Made by a program: the position numbers and the translations under genes. A DNA stretch of 64,000 nt from an uncultured delta proteobacterium (GTDB taxonomy: Bacteria; Myxococcota_A; UBA9160; SMWR01), in NCBI GenBank assembly GCA_963832165.1, contig CAWHTE010000007.1, positions 960,001-1,024,000 on the forward strand, given 5' to 3'. The notes below the pieces were generated by a model. The model did no database searches. It was not told where the DNA came from and was given only the letters and a program-made list of their open reading frames with translations. This document shows, in pieces, positions 50,176 through 59,769 of the stretch (positions are counted from its first letter, which is position 1; every line of letters begins with the position of its first letter).

Positions 50176-50712
50176 GTGCGCTTCGTGATCACCGGAGAGT
50201 GGAACCGCAATCGCCTGCTCCAGACGATCGTGGTCCTGTACAGCGTCTACGTCGCGGGCCTCTGGCTCACGAACGCGCTGCTCTATTTCTCGAAGATGGG
50301 CCTCACCCCGGCCTCCGTGATCAGCTACTACCGCGGGAACGAGGAGCTCTTCCTCTCGCCGCGCAGCTATCAGGGCATGCTCGAGGTGGCGCACTTCCAC
50401 CTGTTCGCCATGGGCATGTTGCTGCTCGTGCTCACGCATCTGATGCTGTTCGTTCCGCTCAAGAACGGCACGAAGGCGTGGCTGATCGCGCTGCCATTCG
50501 TGGCCGCCGCGCTCGACGAGGGAGGCGGCTGGCTCGTGCGCTTCGGGCACCCTGCGTTCGCCTCGCTCAAGATCGCGGGCTTCCTGCTGCTGCAGGGGAG
50601 CCTCGCGGCACTGATCGGGCTGTCGCTGTGGTCGGTGTTCGCGGGCTCGCAGGCGGAGAACTACACGGGCGAGCTCGGCGATCTCTCGGATCTGGACGAC
50701 ATGCCGCAATGA
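50176..50712 (+). CDS. Four-TM membrane protein with His residues (possible heme b protein)
   Basis: YYRGNE, LEVAHFHLFAM, LTHL; 4 hydrophobic segments. Confidence 0.7.
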   Translation: MRFVITGEWNRNRLLQTIVVLYSVYVAGLWLTNALLYFSKMGLTPASVISYYRGNEELFLSPRSYQGMLEVAHFHLFAMGMLLLVLTHLMLFVPLKNGTKAWLIALPFVAAALDEGGGWLVRFGHPAFASLKIAGFLLLQGSLAALIGLSLWSVFAGSQAENYTGELGDLSDLDDMPQ

Positions 50713-51917
50713 TCCGGTTGCTCGCGCTCGGCGGGGTGATCGCCGCGCTCGGCTGCGCGAGCGGGCACGCGTCCCGGGAGGTCTCCACGGGGCGTTATGC
50801 GATGGGAACGGTGCTTGAGCTGATCCTCGTCGGGCCGGACGAAGCGACGCTCGAGCGCTCGCGCTCGGATGCGCTCGCCGAGGTGGAGCGCCTCGAGGGG
50901 TTGCTCTCGACGTGGCGCGCCGAGAGCGACGTCTCCCGCCTGAACCAGGCCGCGGGCCGCGGCGCGATCGAGGTCGACCCGGACGTCGCGGCGCTGCTCG
51001 CGCGCTCGGTCGAGCTCGCACACGCCACGCGCGGGACGTTCGATGTCACGGTCGGACCGCTCGTGGCGCTGTGGCGCGAGGCCGCCGAGCGCGATGCGCT
51101 CCCCGATCCCTCCGCGCTCGAGTCCGCGCGCGCGCGCGTGGGAGCGGATCGGCTCGCGGTGCAGCGCGGCGCTGGGAGTGCGAGCGCCGCGCTCGCGCCC
51201 GGCAGCGCGGTGGAGCTCGGCGGCGTGGCGAAGGGTTATGCGCTCGACCGCGCGCGCGCGGTGCTCGGCGCCGGTGTCGATGCGGCGCTGTTGAGCTTCG
51301 GCCAGAGCAGCACGTGGGCGATCGGGCGCCCGCCCGACGCCGCGGGCTGGCGCCTGCTCGCGCGCGGGCCCGACGGCGGATTCGCGGGCATCCTCACGCT
51401 GCGCGATCGCGCGCTCTCGGTCTCGGGAACGTTCGGGCAGGCGAGCGAGATCGGCGGACGGCGCTATGGGCACGTGCTCGATCCGCGCAGCGGCGAGCCG
51501 CTCACGCGCAGCCGCGAGGCGCTCGTGGTCGCGACCGACGCCACGCTCGCGGAGGCGCTCTCGAAGGCGCTGCTCGTGCTCGGTCCGAGCGAGGGCATCG
51601 CGCTGATCGAGGACTGGCCCGGGGCCGAGGCGCTGCTGCTCGACGCAGACGGAAGCGCCTGGCAGACGCGCGGTTGGCAGCAGGAGACGCGCTTCGAGCC
51701 GATCCCCGCCGAGCCCGTCTCAAGCGCCCCGCGCAATGTTCCGATTCAAGAGGGCATGGCTCAGCAGGAACTCACCTGTCCGGTCTGCCAGGCGGATATG
51801 CCGCTCGGCGGCGACGAGCGCCCCGGGGACGAGTTCTACTGCTCGTGCTGCGGTGCTCCGGGCATCATTGCCAAGAAGGACAAGAGCGAGGAGCTGGAAG
51901 TCGAAGAGGACTTCTAG
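50709..51917 (+). CDS. apbE: FAD:protein FMN transferase ApbE (reads in frame into a C-terminal zinc-ribbon peptide)
   Basis: Lipobox LGC, AMGT, SDVSRLN, GTFDVTVGPL, LGGVAKGYALD, YGHVLDPRSG. Confidence 0.9.
   Translation: MIRLLALGGVIAALGCASGHASREVSTGRYAMGTVLELILVGPDEATLERSRSDALAEVERLEGLLSTWRAESDVSRLNQAAGRGAIEVDPDVAALLARSVELAHATRGTFDVTVGPLVALWREAAERDALPDPSALESARARVGADRLAVQRGAGSASAALAPGSAVELGGVAKGYALDRARAVLGAGVDAALLSFGQSSTWAIGRPPDAAGWRLLARGPDGGFAGILTLRDRALSVSGTFGQASEIGGRRYGHVLDPRSGEPLTRSREALVVATDATLAEALSKALLVLGPSEGIALIEDWPGAEALLLDADGSAWQTRGWQQETRFEPIPAEPVSSAPRNVPIQEGMAQQELTCPVCQADMPLGGDERPGDEFYCSCCGAPGIIAKKDKSEELEVEEDF
51756..51917 (+). CDS. Small LysW-like zinc-ribbon acidic protein (possibly a separate gene)
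   Basis: AAGAGGG RBS + ATG; CPVC..GDEFYCSCCG..ELEVEEDF. Confidence 0.55.
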   Translation: MAQQELTCPVCQADMPLGGDERPGDEFYCSCCGAPGIIAKKDKSEELEVEEDF

Positions 51918-51930
51918 CAACTCGTGCGCA

Positions 51931-52500
51931 TCACGTGCGCACGGGCCGGTAGTCGATCAGCCGATCCTGCATCTCGCGCAGGGGCAGGGCGGCGGCATCC
52001 CTCGGTGAGAGAACCGGCTTCTCGATCGGCCACGGGATCGCGAGGTCCGGGTCGTTCCAGGCCACGCAGAACTCGGTCTCGGGCCGGTAGAAGTCGGTGC
52101 ACTTGTACTCGACCTCTGCCGCGTCGCTCGTCACCACGAATCCGTGCAGGAGCCCGGGCGGCAGGTAGATCTGCCTGAAGTTGTCGGCCGAGAGCACCGC
52201 GGTGACGATCTGCCCGTACGCGGGCGAGCCGCGCCGCGCATCGACCGCGACGTCGAAGACCTCGCCTGCGATCACGCGCAAGAGCTTGCCCTGCGCGTGC
52301 GGGTTCTGCGCGTGGAGCCCGCGCAGCGTACCGCGCACCGAACGCGATTGGTTGTCCTGCACGAACACCGCTTCGATGCCGCCCTGGCGGTACTTCTCGG
52401 CATGGAACGTCTCGAGGAAGAAGCCGCGGGTGTCGCGAAAGACCTTGGGCTCGATCACGACGACGCCCGGGATCGCGGTTTCGACGAAGCGCAGGCTCAC
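51931..52500 (-). CDS. rfbC: dTDP-4-dehydrorhamnose 3,5-epimerase
   Basis: [40 protein letters not shown]. Confidence 0.95.
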   Translation of the reverse strand: MSLRFVETAIPGVVVIEPKVFRDTRGFFLETFHAEKYRQGGIEAVFVQDNQSRSVRGTLRGLHAQNPHAQGKLLRVIAGEVFDVAVDARRGSPAYGQIVTAVLSADNFRQIYLPPGLLHGFVVTSDAAEVEYKCTDFYRPETEFCVAWNDPDLAIPWPIEKPVLSPRDAAALPLREMQDRLIDYRPVRT

Positions 52501-53372
52501 ACGAGCTCTCCGCTCGCGATGCGCTGCAGGTAGTCCCCGTAGCTCGAGCTCTTCATCTCGGCGCCGAGCACCGCGAGCGCATCGCGCGAGATCCAGCCCT
52601 TCCGGAACGCGATCTCCTCGAGGCACGCGATCTTGAGCCCCTGCCGCTCCTGGATCGCCTCGACGAACGTCTGCGCGAGCAGCAGCGATTGGTAGGTACC
52701 CGTGTCGAGCCATGCGACGCCGCGGCGCAGCTGCTCCACGCGCAGCTCGTCCGCCTCGAGATAGGCGCGGTTCACGTCGGTGATCTCGAGCTCTCCGCGC
52801 GAGGAGGGCTTGATCCGGCGCGCGATGTCGAGCACGCGATTGTCGTAGAAGTACAAGCCGGTCACGGCGTAGGCGCTGCGCGGCACGCGCGGCTTCTCCT
52901 CGATCCCGATCGCGCGGCCCTCCGCGTCGAACTCCACCACGCCGTAGCGCTCGGGATCGTTCACTCGGTACGCGAATACCGTGGCACCTGTCGTGCGCGC
53001 GGCAGCGCGCTCGAGCACTTCGGCGAAGCCGGCCCCGAAGAAGACGTTGTCGCCGAGCGCGAGCGCCACACCATCGCGGCCGACGAAGTCGCGCCCGATC
53101 ACGAAGGCCTGCGCGAGTCCCTCCGGACGCGGCTGCTCGGCGTACGAGATCGCGAGACCGAAGCGCGCGCCATCGCCGAACAGCCGCCGGTACGCGGGCA
53201 GGTCCTCGGGGGTCGAGATCAGGAGGATCTCGCGGATGCCGGCCAGCATCAGGGTCGACACCGGGTAGTAGACCATCGGCTTGTCGTAGATCGGCAGCAG
53301 CTGCTTGCTGATCGCGCGCGTGATCGGGTACAGGCGTGTGCCCGAGCCGCCCGCCAGCACGATGCCCTTCAT
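52497..53372 (-). CDS. rfbA: Glucose-1-phosphate thymidylyltransferase
   Basis: [48 protein letters not shown]. Confidence 0.97.
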   Translation of the reverse strand: MKGIVLAGGSGTRLYPITRAISKQLLPIYDKPMVYYPVSTLMLAGIREILLISTPEDLPAYRRLFGDGARFGLAISYAEQPRPEGLAQAFVIGRDFVGRDGVALALGDNVFFGAGFAEVLERAAARTTGATVFAYRVNDPERYGVVEFDAEGRAIGIEEKPRVPRSAYAVTGLYFYDNRVLDIARRIKPSSRGELEITDVNRAYLEADELRVEQLRRGVAWLDTGTYQSLLLAQTFVEAIQERQGLKIACLEEIAFRKGWISRDALAVLGAEMKSSSYGDYLQRIASGELV

Positions 53373-53397
53373 CTCGCCTCCAGGGGCCCCGCGGTAC

Positions 53398-54603
53398 TCA
53401 GGGTAGGAAGAGCTGCGGATTGCGGAGCTTGGCGGGAAGATACTCGTCGATCACGTAGTTGAGGCCCCACTTGGCGAGCGCCTGCTGCTCGGCGCGGACC
53501 CCCATCTTGAGCAGCTGCTCGATCGCCTTGCGCCAGGGCTTGTGCACCTGGAAGAACGGGTCGTTCTTGAGGGCATCCTTTCCGCGCTTGATGTCGACGT
53601 CGAGCAGCGGATGGGTCGGCAGGTCGTAGTCGATGATGTCCTGCGGCGTCACGCCGAGGTAGCGCGCCTGCGGCACGCAGAAGAACTGCGACAGATGGGC
53701 CGCGTTGCCCGATCCCACCTTGAGCGTGCGGTAGATGTTGCTGATGCCATACGGGTCGCAGTCGACGAACGCATACACCGGGATGCGGCACTCGTCCGAC
53801 AGCTTGCGGATGAAGCGCCGCGTGGCGCGCGTGGGCACGCCGGCCAGCGAGACGAGGATGCAGTTCGAGGTCTGCCAGAACTTGTGGCTCTGCAGCCGCT
53901 GGAAGATGCCGCCCGTCTCGATCGCGAGGATGAACTTCGCGTCGGTTTCGAACGAGAGATGCTCGACCGTGGAGGGAATCGAGTAGGCGCCGGATCCGAA
54001 GCGGGTGCAGTCGATCCGCTCGACGACGCCCGTGTCGCGGTCCGGATCGAGCACCACCAGCCGTCCGGCCACGGCACCGCCGTGCTCGTCGGGAATGAAG
54101 CGCAACTGCTCGCGCGACGTTCCGCGCGTGGAGAACAGCGCCTCGATGTCGTCCATCACCGCGTCGGACTCGGTCTGCTCGTCGAACTTCGCGGCCTCCC
54201 AGTTCTTGCTCTGGTAGTAGGCGTCTCGCTTGGTGGCGAAGTCGTTCGTCTCGACGAGCTCCTTCGAGAGCCCCATCATGCGCAGCGTCTGCGCGAAGCT
54301 CTTCACCGTGTTCACGGTGAGCGTGCGCACCTTCTTTGCGCGCCCCATCTCGAAGAAGCCCCGCTGCGCCGAGTAGGTGACGTTCTTGAGCGAGCGCACC
54401 GGGAACGCGAGGTCGGGCTTGTTCTGCTTGAGGATGTCCTGGTGGACGTCCTTGGCCGCATCGCGGATCTGCTGCACGACGACGTCGTCCTGCGCCGCGT
54501 TGCGCCGCGCCACCTCGCCCGCGTGTGCGGTCGCGGCCGCAGAGCCCTTGCCGCCCGCGCCCTTTTTGCCCGCCGTCTTCGCGCGCTTCTTGACCGCCGC
54601 CAT
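53398..54603 (-). CDS. top6A: DNA topoisomerase VI subunit A (Spo11-like)
   Basis: KRDAYY active-site Tyr motif, [33 protein letters not shown]. Confidence 0.93.
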   Translation of the reverse strand: MAAVKKRAKTAGKKGAGGKGSAAATAHAGEVARRNAAQDDVVVQQIRDAAKDVHQDILKQNKPDLAFPVRSLKNVTYSAQRGFFEMGRAKKVRTLTVNTVKSFAQTLRMMGLSKELVETNDFATKRDAYYQSKNWEAAKFDEQTESDAVMDDIEALFSTRGTSREQLRFIPDEHGGAVAGRLVVLDPDRDTGVVERIDCTRFGSGAYSIPSTVEHLSFETDAKFILAIETGGIFQRLQSHKFWQTSNCILVSLAGVPTRATRRFIRKLSDECRIPVYAFVDCDPYGISNIYRTLKVGSGNAAHLSQFFCVPQARYLGVTPQDIIDYDLPTHPLLDVDIKRGKDALKNDPFFQVHKPWRKAIEQLLKMGVRAEQQALAKWGLNYVIDEYLPAKLRNPQLFLP

Positions 54604-54615
54604 GCTTCCCTCCGG

Positions 54616-56343
54616 CTACAGCTTTCGGCTGCGTTCGAGCACCTCGGTCAGGTGCGCGGTGACGTTGTCGCGCTGCGCATCGCTGAGCTCGAGAATCTGC
54701 TGCAGACCGATCGAGACCTGCGGGATGTATTTCTCGATGTAGGCGCGCTTCTTGGCCTCGTCGGCGTCGCGGCGGCGCTTGCGGATGAACATCGCCACCT
54801 TCCGGCCGCACTCCTGCAGCGCGAGCCGCATCTCCTTGATGATGTCGGGGTAGTGCGCGATCGCCTCCTTGCTCTCGGAAGTGAACGGCACCCATACGCT
54901 CGCGATGTGAACCATGAGCAGCATCGGGCCGAGCGGCATCGCTCCGCGCGGCTGCTGCATCTGGTACGACTTCCAGTCGGTGCCCGAGACCGCCTTCGTG
55001 ATCGCGCACGCGCCCTGCTGGTATTGGAGCGGCACGCGGTTCGCGTAGCGGTAGAGCGTGATCGGCTCTTCGGCGGGGAGCCCTCCGCCGTAGGCGAGCC
55101 CGACCTCGATCAGGAACGGATTGCCGCGGTAGACAGTCGCGCGCCGCGACACCGCCGCGTAGAAGTCGGCCTGCACTTCGGCACGCAGCGCGCGCTCGAT
55201 CAGCTCCTCGCCGATCGGTGCGATGCAGTCCATCGGCGGCGCCATGATCTTCGTGGCCACGATCGCCGCGTGGACCTTCTCCGCCTCCTCGCGCGTGATC
55301 TCCGAAGGGCGCCGGCTTTCGGACACGCCGGCCTTCTTGCAGATCTCGAGCGCCGTCTTCGACGACACGCGGCTGAAATCCGACGACAGGCATGAGCGCA
55401 GGTTGCGCCCCGCGGTGTCGCGGAACATCTGCATCAGCACGCCGAGCTCGACGCCGTGCGGGTGCGGCTGGATCTCGGCGGTCTCGGGCGGCAGCTCGTC
55501 GGCGACGCGCGGGAACGTGTGGCTCTCGCCGTGCTCCTCGGCCTTCGGCGGCACGTAGACGATCTCGGCGTGCGGGTTCGCGAGCGAGATCTGGCGGATG
55601 TACGCGTCCACCGAGTGCTGGCCGCCGCGATAGGCGCCCTCGAGCTCGATCTCCACGCGCGTGCCGTGGTCGACGTCCCACTTCACCACCTCGTCGCGCT
55701 TCACCTTGGGCTCGTTCGTCTTCGTGTCGATCACGAGCTCGAAGTAGTGCGCGTCGTGGCTCTTGCCCGTGCGCGTGGTGATCGCGATCGGCTTGCCCGT
55801 GGTGAGCAGGCCGTACATGCCCGCGGCGCTGATGCCGATGCCCTGCTGCCCGCGGCTCTGCTTCAAGCGGTGGAACTTCGAGCCGTAGAGCAGGCTGCCG
55901 AAGATCTTCGGCACCTGCTTGCGCAGGATGCCGGGCCCGTTGTCCTGGATCGCGATCCGGAAGCGCGTCTCGGTGATCTGGGCGATCTCGACGCGCACGT
56001 CGGGCAGGATGCGCGCCTCTTCGCACGCGTCGAGCGAGTTGTCGACGCCTTCCTTCACGGTCGTGAGCAGCGCCTTCGACGGATTGTCGAAGCCGAGCAG
56101 GTGCCGGTTCTTCGCGAAGAACTCGGAGACCGAGATGTCGCGCGCCTGCTTCCCGAGCTCGGCAGCCGATCGGCGCGAGCTCGCGCCGTCCGCGCCCTCC
56201 GACTTGGCCTCGGCGCGCGCCGCCTTCGGCCGCTTGCCGGCGGGCTTGCGGGCGCGCTTGGCCTTCTTCACCTCACCTCCGCGCGCCGGCTGCGCTGCGA
56301 AGGCAAAGGACGACTGCGGGACCGATTCGTCCCATTCCCCCAT
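54616..56343 (-). CDS. top6B: DNA topoisomerase VI subunit B (GHKL ATPase)
   Basis: ISVSEFF.KN..LLGF, KEGVDNSLDA, DNGPGI, GSKFH..QSRGQQGIGISAA, PHPHG, ANRVPL, VPFTSESKEAIA. Confidence 0.95.
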   Translation of the reverse strand: MGEWDESVPQSSFAFAAQPARGGEVKKAKRARKPAGKRPKAARAEAKSEGADGASSRRSAAELGKQARDISVSEFFAKNRHLLGFDNPSKALLTTVKEGVDNSLDACEEARILPDVRVEIAQITETRFRIAIQDNGPGILRKQVPKIFGSLLYGSKFHRLKQSRGQQGIGISAAGMYGLLTTGKPIAITTRTGKSHDAHYFELVIDTKTNEPKVKRDEVVKWDVDHGTRVEIELEGAYRGGQHSVDAYIRQISLANPHAEIVYVPPKAEEHGESHTFPRVADELPPETAEIQPHPHGVELGVLMQMFRDTAGRNLRSCLSSDFSRVSSKTALEICKKAGVSESRRPSEITREEAEKVHAAIVATKIMAPPMDCIAPIGEELIERALRAEVQADFYAAVSRRATVYRGNPFLIEVGLAYGGGLPAEEPITLYRYANRVPLQYQQGACAITKAVSGTDWKSYQMQQPRGAMPLGPMLLMVHIASVWVPFTSESKEAIAHYPDIIKEMRLALQECGRKVAMFIRKRRRDADEAKKRAYIEKYIPQVSIGLQQILELSDAQRDNVTAHLTEVLERSRKL

Positions 56344-56486
56344 CCGCTCACCCCCGGGCCCGGCGCCGAGAAGTGCTCGCGTCGGCCCGGTCTCATAATC
56401 CTTGCCCGCGGCGGGGTGTCAAGACGGGCGATGTTCGGGTGGTAGGCGCACGGCGCCGAAGCGCAGCGCCTTGGGGGAGACGCGTA

Positions 56487-56696
56487 CTACTCGAAGTCCT
56501 CGATCGGGTGGTTCCGGAAGTTTCCGGAGAGCCGCACTTCGCCGCTGCGAAGCATGTGGAGGATCGTGGCGACGACCTCGCGGTCATCCCGGGTCACCTC
56601 GCTGACCGCGCGCACGAGCGCGAGCAGCGTTGTGGCGCGGGCCTCTCTGGTGGCGGGTTGCTCCCGGGTCAACGAAGCGGCGGCGGCGGCGCGCAT
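56487..56696 (-). CDS. Small hypothetical protein (69 aa)
   Basis: GGGAGG RBS; TTLLALVRAVSEVTRDDREVVATILHMLRSGEVRLSGNF; sigma54-like promoter upstream. Confidence 0.7.
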   Translation of the reverse strand: MRAAAAASLTREQPATREARATTLLALVRAVSEVTRDDREVVATILHMLRSGEVRLSGNFRNHPIEDFE

Positions 56697-56721
56697 GATC
56701 GATCCTCCCGACCCGAGGTAA

Positions 56722-56737
56722 AGCATAGACCGTGCCA
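56722..56737 (-). promoter_or_regulatory. Sigma54 promoter candidate
   Basis: Minus-strand TGGCACGGTCTATGCT. Confidence 0.65.
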
Positions 56738-56881
56738 GCTCCGCCGATTCGAGCGCGTTCTCCCGCGAGATCGAGACAACCTGATCAAATTCAGTGGACT
56801 TGAAGCACGAGCGGTGTCTGCGGCGCGCGCGCGTTGCGCCTCGCATGCCGTTGCCGGTGACGGAAATGGGCCCCAAGGCTG

Positions 56882-58420
56882 TCAATTTTCGGACGAGTCG
56901 GCGGGGCGTCGCGCGCCACGGCCCGCATCGGAGCGGAAGCCGAGCGCCTCGGCGACCGCTTCCGCGCTCGTGCGTTTCTCGCCCGCGAGGTCCGCGATCG
57001 TGCGGGCCACGCGCAATACGCGCCGCGCCGCGCGAGCGGACAAGCCGAATCCGTCGACGGCGCGTCCGAGCAGCACGCGGGCTTCCGGCGTGGCGTCCAC
57101 GAGCGCGTCGAGGTGCGCGTCGGGCAGGCGCGCGTTCGCGACCACGCCGCGCTGCGCCTGTCGGCGCCGCGCCCGTTCCACGCGCTCGCGAACCGCGCGG
57201 CTGCTCGACTCGGCCGCGGGAGCGGCGTCGAGCTCGGCCCAGGCCACCGGGCGCACGCTCAAGTGCAGGTCGATGCGATCGAGCAGCGGACCCGAGATCC
57301 GCGATCGGTAGCGGGCCACCTGGCCCTCGTCGCAGCGGCAGTCGCGGCGGCCGCTGCCGAGCCACCCGCACGGACACGGATTCGCAGCCGCCACGAGCTG
57401 GAAGTCGGCCGGGAACGTGACGTGGCGGCCCGCGCGCACGAGCACCACGCGGTGGTCTTCGAGCACCTGGCGCAGTGATTCCAGCGCGCGGCGCTCGAAC
57501 TCGGGCAGCTCGTCGAGGAACAACACGCCGCGGTGCGCGAGCGAGACCTCACCGGGCTGGGGCGGGCGCCCGCCGCCGATCAGTCCGGCCACACTCGCGG
57601 TGTGATGCGGCGCGCGGAAGGGCCGCTCCGACGCGAGCGCTGCGTCGAGCGGCGCCACGCTGCCGTGGATGCGCGTCACCTCGATCGCTTCCTCACGGGT
57701 CAGGCGGGGCAGGAAGCCCGGCAGCCGGCGCGCGAGCATCGTCTTGCCCCCGCCCGGTGCTCCGATCAACAGCGCACCGTGGCCGCCCGCCGCGGCGACC
57801 TCGAGCCCGCGCTTGGCGAGCTCCTGCCCGCGCACCTCCGCGAGGTCGGGCAGCGCCGCGTCCGGTTCCGCGGACTCCGCGGGTCGCGCGATCTCCAGCG
57901 CCCCGCCGCCGCGCAGGTACGCGAGCACCGCGGCGAGATCGCCCGCCGCGCGCACTTCGAGGCCCTTGGCGAGCGCGGCCTCGCTCGCGTTCGGGCTCGG
58001 CGCGATCAGCGTCGCGCAGCCCGCGTCGCGCACGGCGAGTGCGAGCGCGAGCGCGCCGCGCAGCGCACGCAGTCGGCCATCGAGCGCGAGCTCGCCCGCG
58101 AACGCCACGCCCGCGAGCGCGCCGAGCTCCACCTGTCCCGCCGCGGCGAGCAGCGCCACGGCGATCGGCAGGTCGAGTGCCGCGCCGCTCTTGCGGAGCT
58201 CGGCGGGTGCGAGGTGCACGGTGATCCGGCGGTCGGGGAACTTCTCGCCCGCTGCGGCGAGCGCGGCGCGCACGCGCGCGGCGCTCTCGCGCACGGCGGC
58301 CTCCGGCAGGCCCACGATCTCCACGCGCGGGAGATGCGAGCTGATCCGGACCTCGACTTCGACCGGCACGCCGTCCACACCGATCAGCGCGGCGGTGCGA
58401 ACCCGCGAAACGCTCGACAT
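56882..58420 (-). CDS. comM: YifB/ComM Mg-chelatase-like AAA+ ATPase
   Basis: IVGLP, GELALDG, GAPGGGKT, RPFRAPHH, PGEVSLAH.GVLFLDE, NPCPCG, ISGPLLDRID. Confidence 0.93.
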   Translation of the reverse strand: MSSVSRVRTAALIGVDGVPVEVEVRISSHLPRVEIVGLPEAAVRESAARVRAALAAAGEKFPDRRITVHLAPAELRKSGAALDLPIAVALLAAAGQVELGALAGVAFAGELALDGRLRALRGALALALAVRDAGCATLIAPSPNASEAALAKGLEVRAAGDLAAVLAYLRGGGALEIARPAESAEPDAALPDLAEVRGQELAKRGLEVAAAGGHGALLIGAPGGGKTMLARRLPGFLPRLTREEAIEVTRIHGSVAPLDAALASERPFRAPHHTASVAGLIGGGRPPQPGEVSLAHRGVLFLDELPEFERRALESLRQVLEDHRVVLVRAGRHVTFPADFQLVAAANPCPCGWLGSGRRDCRCDEGQVARYRSRISGPLLDRIDLHLSVRPVAWAELDAAPAAESSSRAVRERVERARRRQAQRGVVANARLPDAHLDALVDATPEARVLLGRAVDGFGLSARAARRVLRVARTIADLAGEKRTSAEAVAEALGFRSDAGRGARRPADSSEN

Positions 58421-58468
58421 ACCCGGCTCTCAGCGGGACCGAGATGACGGGGTGGAGGCGAATGGATC

Positions 58469-58501
58469 GAAGGCAGGACCCCACTGCGGGGTCCTGCCTT
58501 C
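58469..58501. other. Perfect 14-bp stem-loop upstream of comM
   Basis: GAAGGCAGGACCCC-actgc-GGGGTCCTGCCTTC. Confidence 0.7.
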
Positions 58502-58669
58502 AACTCTTGAAAAGCCCCAAACACCGAAGAGGGGCCCACACGTGTGTGGCCGCGAGCGCGTCGACGTGTCGCGGAAATCTCCCAGAATCCTGGAACGTGG
58601 CCGTGCGCGGCGCCGCGCGCGCTGCAGACGGGTTAGATTCTGCGCGTACCCCCGAGGATTTCGCGCCGC

Positions 58670-59769
58670 TTGAAGCAACGAATCCCGTCCGGCTCCGCTG
58701 CGTGGCCGCGCTGTGCGCTCGCCGCGATCGCGGCCGGCCTGCCGCCGCGTGCAATGGCTCGCCCACCGAGCGCGAAGCGAACCGGAGCGGTGCTCCGTCC
58801 GAGTTCTCGAGCTCGCTCGCGTGGGCCGAGCTCGAGGAGCTCGCCGAAGAGCCGCGCCAGCTCGGCTCCGATGGCGCCGAAGACGCGCGCAGCCACATCG
58901 AGGCGCGGCTCTCCGCCGCGGGCATCGCCGTCGAGAAGGTCACGACGACCGTCGAGGCGAAGGGCTTCGGCCCGCTCGTTCTCACTCATCTCGTGGCGAC
59001 ACTGCCGGGCGCCTCGCCCGATCGCATCGTGCTCGTTGCGCCCTACGGCAGCGGGCGGGACGAGGGGTTCGAGTCGCGGGGCGCGAACGACGGCGCGTCG
59101 GGCGCAGCGCTGCTGATCGAAGTCGCGCGTGTGCTCGAGTTGCGAACCCTCCCCTATACGGTGGAGCTGGTCTGGCTCGAGGGCGAAGGCCGGCTCGGCC
59201 ACGGAACCGGCGAAGAGCGCGAGCTGCGTTGGCTCGGCAGCCGCGCGCTCGCCGAGCGCTGGGAGGAGAGCGGTCACCTGCGCGGCGTCCGACTGCTGAT
59301 CTCGTTCAACCGGGTCTGCGACGTCGATCTGCACATCGCGCGAGACAGCGGATCGCACCGCGAGTACCGCGAGGGATTCTGGAGAGCCGCGCGCAAGCTC
59401 GGATTCGGCGATGTGTTCTCGCCGATCAGCGGCTACGAATCGGTCGCTTCGAGCCACGTGGCGTTCCGCGAGCGCGGCGTGCGCGCGGTCGTCGCAATCG
59501 AGGACACCGCGTTCGGCGGCGAGGAGGCCCCGGGCGTGTTCGCGGGCAAGGACGACGTGCTCGAGCACTGCGCGCCCGAGAGTCTCGAGGCCGTGGGCCG
59601 CGTCGCGATCGAAGCGGTCGATTCGGTCGGAGCGCGCCTCGCGAAGATCGATCGCTTCGCGCGGACGCCGTCGGTCGAGCCGGAGCCCAAAGCGAAACCG
59701 GAAGCGGCGCCCGAGAAGCCGTCCGACCCGAACGCGACCGAGGGCGCCGATGCCGCCGGCAACCCGTAG
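58670..59769 (+). CDS. M28 peptidase/glutaminyl cyclase-like lipoprotein; probable frameshift near 58740
   Basis: GANDGASGAALLIEVAR; Cys after the signal-like N-terminus; several Zn ligands altered. Confidence 0.7.

Noticed and set aside
51756..51917. Calling the zinc ribbon lysW
   Set aside because: Lacks the C-terminal EDWGE, and no lysX/lysZ/lysY genes are nearby
53369..56026. 885-aa minus-strand ORF
   Set aside because: Alternative-frame shadow over top6A/top6B; Arg/Ala/Gly-rich with no domain signal
58469..58549. tRNA, 6S RNA or a named riboswitch
   Set aside because: No cloverleaf, T-loop or recognisable family consensus by eye; kept only as an unnamed structured candidate
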